NCBI GenBank assembly: GCA_050575255.1
Contig: JBNZDD010013678.1
Coordinates: 4,420,690-4,484,689 of the forward strand
Direction of reading: 5' to 3'
Source: Harriotta raleighana
Lineage: Eukaryota
DNA: 64,000 bases
This document shows, piece by piece, positions 49,201 to 59,871 of this stretch (positions are counted from its first letter, which is position 1; the number at the start of each line of letters is the position of its first letter). The notes under the pieces are model-generated. The model saw only the letters and a program-made list of their open reading frames with translations, searched no databases and was not told the DNA's origin. Position numbers and translations under genes: made by a program.

Positions 49201-52200
49201 GTACAAGATGTCTTGAAATCTGTGGGATAATACACCTTTTAATGTTAAAATCAACTTCCCATTCTTAAGAAGGCAATAGTGTCATTTTCTTTCAATAATG
49301 TTTTTTTCACAGGCTGTTTAAAATGATTTCCCTCTGACGATCTCCTGATTACATACATGTCTTGACTTGTTTATACCATAATCAGTTGTGTAAATTCTAC
49401 ATCATTATTTGTGCTCTAGAAATCAGCGAAACTAATGAATCACTCAAAACTAAGATGTCAGAACTTCGATTATACTGTGATTTATTGATGCAACAAGTTC
49501 ATACGATACAACAAGTTCATACGATACAAGACCAGCCAAATTTGTTGCCGAATGCAGAGGTATGATGTATAATCTGACATTGCAGTGGTGAATAGCTTAT
49601 GATTTTATAGTTCACTAAAATTTGTAACCTCAACGAGTTTTCAGTGGGAGCATTTGGTCTCTAATCAGAGCGTCCTGAGTGTTAATGTTGAACCTTGACC
49701 ACTTTTCATCTGCTTTCCATAATTAACAGCTGGATTTTACTAGATCTTACTATGTTTCTGGTTGACCTTGAATGCTTCTCTCATCTAAAGGGAAATGCTG
49801 TCAGTTAAGAAGCATGCAAGCAGCACATGACCTGTTGATTCTATTCTGAGGCAAATTTAGCTAACTGCAGAAATCCCCATCTTGGGTAAAAGAAGCATAG
49901 CATGGGATTGCATCATCACTTTTTAAACTCTCCACCGCTTCATCTCTCATGTGTCTTACTGTTTGATTCAGAGCGGAATATGCATCAAAAACCTCTTTTG
50001 TTGATCACCCACCATAGCTTCTGGCTGAAAGTGTTTTCTGTAAAATGTAATTGTGCATAATTGGAGAGGGAGGTGAGAGCTACAATAGATAACACAATGT
50101 GTTACCTAAACTGCAAGGATCCATCCAACACATCCAACGCAATCTTGTCTGCAGTTGATTAATCATACATTGTAGCAATTCAGTCAGCCGCTCTCCTACA
50201 TTGTTGTGTTAATTTTAAGTCTTTGTACCTTCCTAATCGTATCTATTTGATTTGATAATGTGACTAATTACATGTACCTAAAATTAGAGAGAAAAAATGA
50301 CATTTATAAATAGATTCAAATTATAATTTACTGCAAAAAAACATTCCTTCTGGCTTATGTTTTTTGAGGATACAGTATTTTTGGATTATGTTGCCATTTT
50401 CTGAATAATCATCATTCTATCCTTTTAAAATATAGCTTTTGGTTGATATATGTGTTTAAATCATCATTTTCTTTTTGACTCCTAGAATATGAATGAAGCC
50501 TCTTCTTTGCTCAGTGCCACGTGCAACACCTTCATCACAACTCTTGAGGAGTGTATGAAGATAGCCAATGCCAAGTTTAAGCCAGAAATGTTCCATCTTT
50601 CTCACTCTGATCTACTTGTTTCTCCTGTGTCACCTTCACCTGTTCAAATGGTTCGGGTATGATCACATATATTCAAGAAAAACTTATCTACATATTAATG
50701 GTATCTGTCAACACAGTCGGTTGCTTTCAAATGACTTGCACTTGATGAACAGTAAGCTTTTTTGAATTGTTATAGATTGTATTTCATGTTGGTAATTTTT
50801 AAACATTAAATTTTACAGATGAAACGCTCGATCAGTCACCCCGGTACCATTCCCTATGATAGGTAAGGTGAAGGAATTGTTATTTGGATATAATTCAATG
50901 ATTTATGGCATTAAGTGTGACATTGCTTGTGCTGTTTCATTGAAACAAACAATACATCTATTTATCCAGTAACTTGCAATTTTAACTGGCGTTGCTATTA
51001 ATATGAATGTTATTTGCCATCTTGGGAGACTACAAACACATAGTGATTATTTCTGAATTCTTCATTGTTCAGTGTAGCTACATATGTACCAATAGAGAAC
51101 AGACTGACAATTCATACTGGAACTGCATGAAACTGATCATAAAATTAAATAAGGTCACTCACAAAAACATATTGTTTTACCAACTTCAAATATCTGAGCT
51201 ATTTGATTTCTATTCACTGCCTACTGTTATTCGTTTTATTGTGATAAATCTTAACTAAATGGCTAAACCTCTCATTCTAATGAATATTCATTTTATAGTT
51301 ATTTTGCAAAGCTGAAAATAACTTGCTGTTTTCTGATAGCTTTTCATTCACTCACTGATTCAAAAGCACTAGATCCTGCAAGTGCTTCCATATATAAATA
51401 TTATACCCCATTTGCTTTAATGCTGATATATTACAATAAGATACTGCACATAATTTTAATTAGACTTCAATGTAAAAATGTGGTATAAATGGAATTTTTT
51501 TTGGCCATTGTCTCATTTACTGGATCTGTGTAAATGCTGGTTATCAATTGTATTCTTTAGTAACTTATTGCTGTTTTGTAGAATGTTTTCCTTATTATGT
51601 GGAAATAGCGCATTCTACATTGGCAATGAGGAAATTCAAAGATAAATTTAACATTTATATTTTAGAAAGTGAATACACATCATGTGAATTTTTACTGCTG
51701 GTGGTTTTGAAATTTTAACACTAGATTTTATTTAATCAGAAAACTGGACACCAGTCATCAAAAGGAAAATATTGACGTAATAGCACGTGCAGAAGAAATA
51801 ACATCATTTAGATCTCACCGGAGAGTAAGGACATATTCGGATACTGAATCTTATAGTGACAGTGCTCTTGAAGAGGCAGAAAGTAAGTATTGAAATGGAT
51901 ATTCTTTATAAGCCAGTGTTCTTGAGAAATTCATATTTTGTTTGATCAAATGTTTATTTGCTAAGAACTTCCTGTGATGAATAACCAACCAAATGTAAGT
52001 TTTGTGTATGCTCGGCCTTCTAACAACAGCAACAACAACATTACACTTATAGAGCGCCTTTCACGTCGGGAGGATGTCCCAAGGTGCTGAACAGACAGTC
52101 GGGATCCGAGCAAGGGAGAGGGGCAGGGTAGGGGTGGAGGGGCAGGAGAGAGGTAGGATGGGAGGGAGAGAGCTGGGAAGGCAGCAGAAGGCATGATCGA

Positions 52201-52655
52201 AGACGAGGGTCTTGAAGGAGGCAAACGAGGGAGTGAGGCGAAGGGATTGTGGGATTGACAGGATTTATTGAAATTATTGCAAAACTAAATTAGCTATGAT
52301 CTAATAGAATGGTGGAACAGGCTTGAGATGCTGAATGTTCTTCTCCTGTTTGTTTGAATATTAAACCCACAGTTATAGACTGGTTTGATATCATAGTCCT
52401 TTCTCGTAGCAGAAGAAATGTGAATGGAGGTGAGTGTTATTGGAAGGTGGGAGGTGAAATGTGTACACTGGAGCAACGTTGCAAATGATTACTTTCTATG
52501 TGAAACTTAATTTTACAGAGACTAGACATACTCGAAATTCATTGTCCATCGCCAATGGTGAATTCACTCCAGTGACCATTCCTGAAGAAAATACTGCAAC
52601 GTTAAGGAAAATGACTTCAGACATCGAGATTCCCTTGGTTACACTTTCAAGTTGA
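46212..52655 (+). CDS. PLEKHA3: Pleckstrin homology domain-containing A3 (FAPP1), about 313 aa. join(46212..46251,48009..48125,48499..48654,49420..49559,50486..50650,50819..50862,51740..51882,52519..52655)
   Basis: PI4P-type PH domain [22 protein letters not shown]...[10 protein letters not shown]; [19 protein letters not shown]; RTYSDT; no GLTP domain, so not PLEKHA8; lies between FKBP7 and TTN. Confidence 0.95.
46262..46445 (+). repeat. G-rich degenerate tandem repeat (GGGGTATGTGGGGG units), potential G-quadruplex, at the 5' end of PLEKHA3 intron 1
   Basis: Four GTATGTGGGGG units and many runs of three or more G directly after the donor. Confidence 0.7.
46531..46648 (-). mobile_element. 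SINE 3' part with (ATT)n tail
   Basis: (AAT)n CGTTGCATTCGATA...TTCACAGAATATACTGTGAAGTGAATTGACTG. Confidence 0.72.
48009..48125 (+). CDS. PLEKHA3: PLEKHA3 exon 2 (WQPRWFVLD)
   Basis: tccag|GTT...AAG|gtttgg. Confidence 0.94.
48248..48370 (-). mobile_element. SINE 3' part
   Basis: (AAT)n CCTTGCATT...TATCACGTCTTCGAGACGTCTCAAAGTGC. Confidence 0.72.
48499..48654 (+). CDS. PLEKHA3: PLEKHA3 exon 3
   Basis: ttcag|TGC...AGG|gtaaat. Confidence 0.94.
48780..49162 (+). mobile_element. L2 LINE 3' end fragment
   Basis: CACCATTGGTGGGCGAGCCTTCAGCC...CTTGGGATGTCCTCCCAACATGAAA...TTG tail. Confidence 0.8.
49420..49559 (+). CDS. PLEKHA3: PLEKHA3 exon 4
   Basis: tctag|AAA...GAG|gtatga. Confidence 0.92.
50486..50650 (+). 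CDS. PLEKHA3: PLEKHA3 exon 5 ([21 protein letters not shown])
   Basis: cctag|AAT...ATG|gttcgg (an in-frame alternative donor would end the exon at 50656). Confidence 0.9.
50819..50862 (+). CDS. PLEKHA3: PLEKHA3 exon 6 (MKRSISHPG)
   Basis: tacag|ATG...TAG|gtaagg. Confidence 0.9.
51740..51882 (+). CDS. PLEKHA3: PLEKHA3 exon 7 ([11 protein letters not shown])
   Basis: atcag|AAA...AAA|gtaagt (in-frame alternative start at 51725). Confidence 0.82.
52022..52258 (-). mobile_element. L2 LINE 3' end fragment
   Basis: (CAA)n tail then ATAGAGCGCCTTTCACGTCGGGAGGATGTCCCAAGG. Confidence 0.8.
52519..52655 (+). CDS. PLEKHA3: PLEKHA3 last exon (NGEF...TIPEE...LSS*)
   Basis: tacag|AGA...AGT TGA. Confidence 0.88.
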
Positions 52656-54502
52656 AAACGATTGAATTTAGATAGTCATTCATTCTCCAACTAATGCTCT
52701 GCAGTCACTGCTGGCATTTAGATGTTACACAAAAAAAAGACAGCGGATCTGCAATTTCCTAGGAAAGGCGTTCTTTGCACTTTATATTAAAAAAACTACG
52801 CAAAATCTGAAAATTCAACGAGCTTACCTAATATTGTTTCTATTTTTCAATAAACTGTTGCTGTATTTCCTAGACTGTTGTGTAATAAATCAGTTGAGGT
52901 TTAGCGATTGTTTGCCCCCCAAACTCTTGGTGTAGCATGTAGTAGCATCAAACATATAGTAGCATCTTGGTTGAGAAGTATGGAAATCACACGACTCAAG
53001 ACAGCTTTGCCAAAAGCTGGCAAGCTTGCTGGCAAGCTGGTTCTGGTACATATTCTATGTACAGTATCACCTGTTCACTTATGGGAGTGTTGTTTCTGAA
53101 GGAACTACTCTCATCAATTTATTTGCACTTTTTTATTTTCAGACTTGTGCATTTTCAGTTAATCCCTTTTATGTGCTTCCATCTTTCCTCGTCTTTGAAT
53201 ATAGTTTTTTTAGTAGCAGCTGATGAGTGCTATTTATATCAGAACAACAAATACTTAAGCAGAGTTAGTGCAACAAAATTGATATGTTCTGTATTTATGG
53301 AATCATACATAGAGAAAGTATGAATAGATTCTGCCTGATTTAAAAAGTATGCAATTAAACATGAGCTTACCATATTTATTGCCAACCAGAGAATATAGAT
53401 GAAATTTTATGAAAATTTAACAAACAAGACCATAAGAAGTAAATAGCTAACGTTATTTTATTTTTCTCAAAAGTGTAGATTTGTAATTTTTTTCATAAGA
53501 TTCTTTTTGTACCATTCAGTTCCATCTATTTTTCTTTTCCACGCTGTTAGGCTATGCAGTGCACCAGCTAAATAGCTTGCCTGTCCACAGCGCAAAGCAG
53601 AGAGGAACTCCATAATCATAAAGTGTAATTTCTTCTCGACTAGTCTACTAGTGAGTTGAACTAACACTTTTGTTTATATAGCCTTGGGGAATATATAAAT
53701 AAATGAATTTCACTTTCACTGTTAATACTTATACAAACAACACTGCAAGCAATTATTTTATGAAAGCAAGAGTCAAATTTCTTTATCTAAGGCATATAAA
53801 AATAGAGTTACTTTTATTGCAGAAATTACTCACTAGATTTGCCAACAATTTTTTTTTAGCATTACTCATTTTATTAAAAGTTGTTTATGTCCCAATTCCA
53901 CGTTTTACTCTTTATAATGAATATTTCTATAATATATTTAACAGTTTCATTTTTATTTCTGTGTGTTGGTGGTCTCAGTGTGCGTTGTGTGCACATTTTG
54001 AAACGAGGAAGAGGATGAAATGAGATTTTTTTAATTTCAGGCGAGAACAAAGAAAATCTTGTCTGCTTATTCCTTTTTCGTTGGGCATTCAAATTTAGTT
54101 TAGCTGCATCCACTCAGGGTGTGATCCAAACACCCCAAACTCTTCTCTGAAATTGATCATGTTAGAAGAATCAACATGTATACCTTATTACGTGTTAATG
54201 TGGTAACTTATTATGTGTCATTACTCTATGCATACAAATTATCCTGGGCTTATTAATTTCTTGCCAGTAGAGAACATTTTAAGTAGTGAAATGACCAAAA
54301 TAGTACCAAGTCCAAATGGAATGTATTTTGAGAGAGCACCTGACCTCTCTTCATTAGCCAAATCAGCTCAAAGGTGATTAGCCAACTATTAGCTAAGTCA
54401 AAATATTAGCACTTGGTTGTAATAATTTATGATGAATTTAAAAATACCTATGGGTTAGCCCTACATGTGACTTTGCAATCATATGGAGCTCTGTAGCTTT
54501 GT

Positions 54503-54810
54503 GGAGCTCCTGTAGCTCAGTGGTTAGAGCACTTGCCTTACAAGTATGAGACCTGTGTTCGAAACCAGGTAGATCAGGGCAAAACCTTGGGCAAGTTTCT
54601 TTACGACACATGCCTAATAATAATCATTCGTCCAAAAAAATCCACAGCAATAAAATTGGTCATTTCAATCCACGACTCTTTGTGGGGCACTGCTGTGTGC
54701 AATGGGCTGCTGCAATTCGCCCACAAATATACAGTCGATTCACTTTACAGTATATTGTGTGAAGCGCTTAGAGACATCTAGAAGACGTGAAAAGCGCTAT
54801 ATCAAATATT
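54503..54810 (+). mobile_element. Near full-length tRNA-derived SINE with Deu-like core and L2-type tail
   Basis: A box TAGCTCAGTGG, B box GTTCGAAAC, core GCTGTGTGCAATGGGCTGC, tail GTGAAGCGCTT...GTGAAAAGCGCTATATCAAAT. Confidence 0.85.
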
Positions 54811-57800
54811 ATATGTTTACAGTTTTTCTTTCACCAAAATTGAATGATTTGAATATTAAGAAGGATTCACCTGTAAAGTTAAAGCTAATTAACTGCTTGT
54901 CGGGCTTCGTGCGTTTTTGTACCATCAGTTTAGGAATTAACACTTAGAATCTCCCTCCATTCATATTCTATCTTAAAAGACATGGGGATAAATTTGAGAC
55001 TAAGTATTTGCTATTAACACTTGTTTTGCACCCTATTATATTCAGTTGTGTATATTTAAAATCTTATCTGTGGCCATAATGGGGAAGAAATCTTGACAAG
55101 AATTCGAATGTTTGTTAAATACATTGCAAGTTAGGCATTTTTAAGTATTACAAGATTGATCTTGATAAGCTAATGTTGATCCATTGTGAAGATCCAAAGA
55201 CATTCGATTTACAATGTTGATGTATACACTGAATTTTGCCAGCTGGAGAATATTTGTGTGTGTGTGTGTGTGTATATATCCATTACGATGTACATCAGGT
55301 GTGCGCCATGGTCTTTTACTGCAATTTTGTAAATCATATTGCATCACGTAATGCAATTGAATCTCTTATGAAACAAATTTATTTTTATCTCCCTGCATTA
55401 ATAACTGGAAAAATATGTTGCCCCAAAATGATATGGCCAATCCAGTTATTGTTCATCCTCTTAATAGCAGTGGTGTTAAGAACAATATGCACTGTTCTTT
55501 TGCAATGAGCAGTCACTGATGCTGGGTTTTCCCCCTGCAGTAATTAGTAATGTTAAGGATATTTTAAAAAAGTTTACCTCTTATTATTAAAAACGCATTT
55601 AATTTCCGATTAAGTTTGTAACAATATTTTGTCAGTTTAGAATGATTGTACTGGAATAATTTTACTGAATTATCCCGTGCTTCAATTTCATATTTGTTTG
55701 GCTGTCAACATTTCAGTTGGCATCGAAAGATTAGGTGCATAATATATTTGAGAAAATGTAAAGTATTGTAGGCTAATGATTTTATTTTAATTACCCCTTT
55801 TGTCAGGTTGATCAATGTGTTACTGCCAGATAAGCAATGAGTACCTAGGATCTATTAAAAATAGTTCTTAGCTCTTCAAATGGCACCATGCCATTCATAC
55901 CATTTGGGTTTGATGTATCTTGCATCTGTGCTGGGTTAACAAGCTGATCTCAGGCAGGGTAGAAGTTGTATAACCTTCAATATCCCTGGGGTGAGAGGTG
56001 AATAATCAATTAGAATGCCTATTTATTCAGTAACCTTGATAGCAAGTGTGTGTGACAAAAGGATCAGACTTCATTCTCATATCTTTCACAATTAATTAAC
56101 CTGTCTTGATCTACATTTAAACCTTGGATCTGTACCCTGGCATAAGGCTTTAGGAGAAATTATTTATTTAAAATTTCAGCCTTTGATTAGAGTAAATTCC
56201 ACTCTTTTAAGAACTCTTCATATGATAACTAAATATTTTCAAGATATTATGTATTATTTTCTAAATATTAGGAAAGATATTTAAAGCAGCAGTATGTTAG
56301 AATGTGTATGTGTGTGGACAACAGTTTGGGAGAATTGGGCAATAATGTTTCTTTAAATTTTAACAAATTGTATATATTTTGCCTGTAGTATTTGTTACTC
56401 ATTTTGGAATTTCTTGGTTCATTATTATCTGCCCCCATTTTATATTCAGCAGCCAAACTCAACCCCTGCCTCTCGTACTGAAGCATGTGTCTACAATTGT
56501 CTACAATTCACATGACAGCCTGCATTCTTTTCTAGTTACTCTGAACTTCAGATTTTGTTAGACAATTAACCAAACATTAAATTACTGTGTCAAATTAGCC
56601 TCATTCACATGATCTGTCAATTTCTATCCTCCTTATGAGTGAAAATATACTAATAAATGTGTTAAGACTTTTATCTAAAGTGTTAGTCACCAGCACAACT
56701 CTATGATTGAATCTAAAAAGTTGCACTTTTTTGGCTTTTGTAATTGGCTCTTCTCGTTTCCTATTACTGTAGTTCTTTCTAAATAAGGTACTTCTGGCAT
56801 TTGTAGCAGAATCGCTACTTTAATTTGTCACCAACAGTGAGGCTTTTATTTGTTATGACAAGTAATTGAGGTTTCATCAAAGACACTTCAATATTTGCTC
56901 CGCATTGCCTTAAAGTCTGGGTGAAAAGTTCAAAGTGTTTATAAAAAAAACTGCTAAAAAATTTACAGCATGTTACAATTGAAATGATCATCCTGTTTGT
57001 GAAATGCACTGCCAAGCTGGCCCACAAGTTAGGCAAATGTAATTTGTCTTTACCCATTTATATCATTAGGATTTTTGTTGCACATGGGCCGAGTAAATCG
57101 ATCAGTCGTTTTTGTGGTAAATATTCATTACAGAACACTTGGATGCCATGGGCTGTTTTAGGGAGAGCACAAAGTTTTGTAAAAACTGCCTTTATGTTGG
57201 GTCATTTTTTTTTAAGTACATCGACCAAACAATATTGACTCAACAAACCAACCATTTTGATCTTGCATAAGTACTCAAACCATCTGAAGTAACTGCTGCA
57301 GATGGGTTTCACTAATATTCCATTTATGTCTATGTAGGGAGTGCATCATGCATTGTTTTATAGTAATGTCATTTTCATGGTTACACTTTCTTGTATACAA
57401 CCCAGTTCTTTATCAAAGTAATTGGCCCATCAATAAATTCAGGTGTATTAAACTGCATTTTTTTTGAGTGTAACTATATAAGAAAAAATAGTTGTTACAT
57501 GTACAGAATCTTGGGGAATATTCTTGTAACAGAAATATATATTCAGAAGTTCTAAATGTCCATTGCACTCTGGTGGTTGAGTGAATTTCAAAAATGCCTT
57601 GTACAAAAAAAAGTAAAGAGTACTTAGCTTTTCAGTGAAAATGTGAACTAATAAAAACTTTCTACAATTACATTGCTTTATTCCCTGTTCTTGTCTCTGT
57701 GAAGAACTAAAATTCTGTATTGTATTTAGGATTTATTTTATATCATAACAATAAAGGTATGGATAAAATTGTTCCTTCGGATGTCATAAAGTAACTTCTG

Positions 57801-57899
57801 GCCCAAACCATTCTAGCCAGAATTACTCTCTGAAATAGTATTTATTTTGCGTTTATATGAAAGGTAACAACCAAGGATTGGCTGTTAACACTTACCAAC

Positions 57900-58180
57900 T
57901 TGGCCATTCCCTCTGCTTGGCGGAGACTGACCTGCTCTATATCCCCCACCTTGCCTGTTCCTCCATTGCAGGTCAAGCCTCCAGCTTTATTCCCATCCTT
58001 TGGAACTGTCCCCCAAATCCCTCTGCCTCACGCCCCTCCTTTGTATCCTTGAGGCTTGTCTCGAGGTCTTTCCTTGGCCACACCCACTCCCCTGACACTC
58101 TTGATTCCAACCCCCAGCTCGGGTGCAAACCCTTAACTGTCCAGCATTTTGGGATGTCCTGATATGAAAGGCATTATAAT
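57900..58180 (+). mobile_element. L2 LINE 3' end fragment (decayed)
   Basis: CCCTCTGCT...TGGAACTG...TTTGGGATGTCCTGATATGAAAGGC. Confidence 0.7.
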
Positions 58181-58503
58181 TTTTTTTTGTATTTAGTCAG
58201 AGGGTTGATACTGAGTTTTTAACAAGTAGTGTCAACAGTGAGAGTCTTGTATGCAAGCCTGTCCCTGGGGTTGCCTTGACCATTTTCCTAAATGTCTGTG
58301 TGATGTACAAAATACTTGCTGATTCAGAGTGGTGTATTGGAAATCTGGAGTATTACTCTCATGTAATCTCCTTAAACCCTTCCTTTGACCACCCCTCCCC
58401 CAAACTCAGTTGGAATTTGCACGTTTTACAATAATAGCTTTGTGTATGCTTGGAATAAATCCAGGTATAAAAGAGAAACAGTTTGTGGGTGCAGAAAGCA
58501 TGC

Positions 58504-58509
58504 TTTATT
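58504..58509 (-). terminator. Candidate TTN polyadenylation signal AATAAA
   Basis: tttatt on the + strand about 1.06 kb past the TTN stop. Confidence 0.6.
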
Positions 58510-59572
58510 TCAAATCAAAATTGCTATTTTAGTTTTCTAATCCCAAGGAGGTTCAATAATACAAGTTCACAGTAAAACACTACATAGATTCTTCTTTAGA
58601 AGTCAATATTCGGGGCGGTAAGATGGTAGAGCACAGTCGTTCTTTTCACTGTGGTAAACTTTGGTTTACAGAAGCCCTCAAAACAGACAAAATGAAAGTA
58701 AAATTCTATCACTACCACACACAATTTGGGCACTCGATGAAAATCTGAACCTCCAGGAGATAGCACTAGTTCCGCACAGGAGTACTTGGAATAGCTTGCT
58801 GAAATGTATTTTGGCCAGGTCGATGTTACTTTTTCATTCAAACCATCCAAGCAGTCACCGTGTCAGAAATAGTGCATGTGAAAAGTGATTGTACAAAGTG
58901 ACAGCCGCTTGCACTTTGACAATAGTCTCTAATAGTGAGTAGTCTGACAGTCGGTCCACAGCTCAGGGCCCACTTGTGCAGTTAACATGAGGGTAAATGT
59001 CAACTGCACAAGAGGCCAAGCCTAATTTGATATACTTATGGTTGCGTGTATTTGGGTTCAGTACACGAGCATTGTCTCTAGGGTGTAGGTTGTCTTCAAC
59101 AGGGAGCCTCTCCACCTGTTGAGGTATTCTTAAGTCATCAACTTTGTGTTGAGGTACAAATTTTAGTTCCAGGTTGCTCAAGCTAGTCGTTTGGTTAAAA
59201 CTTTCTCCTGTCAACCTTTTGTTTCATAAGTTGCATTCAAAATGTCATAAAACACAAGGTACAAAACTTTCATAACCGCTTAAATCGGCTATATACAGTA
59301 TGTACATGTCACAGAAAAATGGTTAAAAATTCCTAAATCAGATGTACAATAATAGAATATTGTACACTATCCTTCGTTCAGAATTTGTTATGAATGAACA
59401 TTGTCGAGTTGGGTACAAAAATATGTAACATTATAATATTTACAAGGTCAGAAATTTAAGTCCATAAAAATTAAGGCATCTTCCGTCATTGTTCTACAAG
59501 TCTGAAGAGTAAGTAAATAAGTAAGGTATTGCTTAAAGTGATACGTCAGCCAAGGTCGGTAGATACTAACCC

Positions 59573-59871
59573 TTAAATTGATCTAACTTTAATATTTACA
59601 GTGGCAGAATCTGATCCAAATTCATTTGTGAGTTTGAGAGTGTAATGTCCTGCATCACTTTCATTCACACTTGTGATTATGAGTGTTGTCAGGTCATCGA
59701 GTGTTTCAAGATGGAATCGGCCACCCACTCCTTCACTAGAAAGAGATCTTCCCCCACAGGTCCAATTTACATCTGGTAGAGGTTCACCCGAGAAGGCACA
59801 TGCCACTGTTAGAACCTTCCCTTTCTCAACGGTGATATCTGATGGGAGAGCTTCAATTTTAGGAGAAGATC
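59573..59871 (-). CDS. TTN: TTN Mex6 (Ig M10, stop)
   Basis: aacag|GAT...ATT TAA. Confidence 0.95.

Noticed and set aside
54503-54575. tRNA-like sequence with A and B boxes
   Set aside because: No proper acceptor stem, and it runs directly into a SINE core and tail; it is a SINE head.
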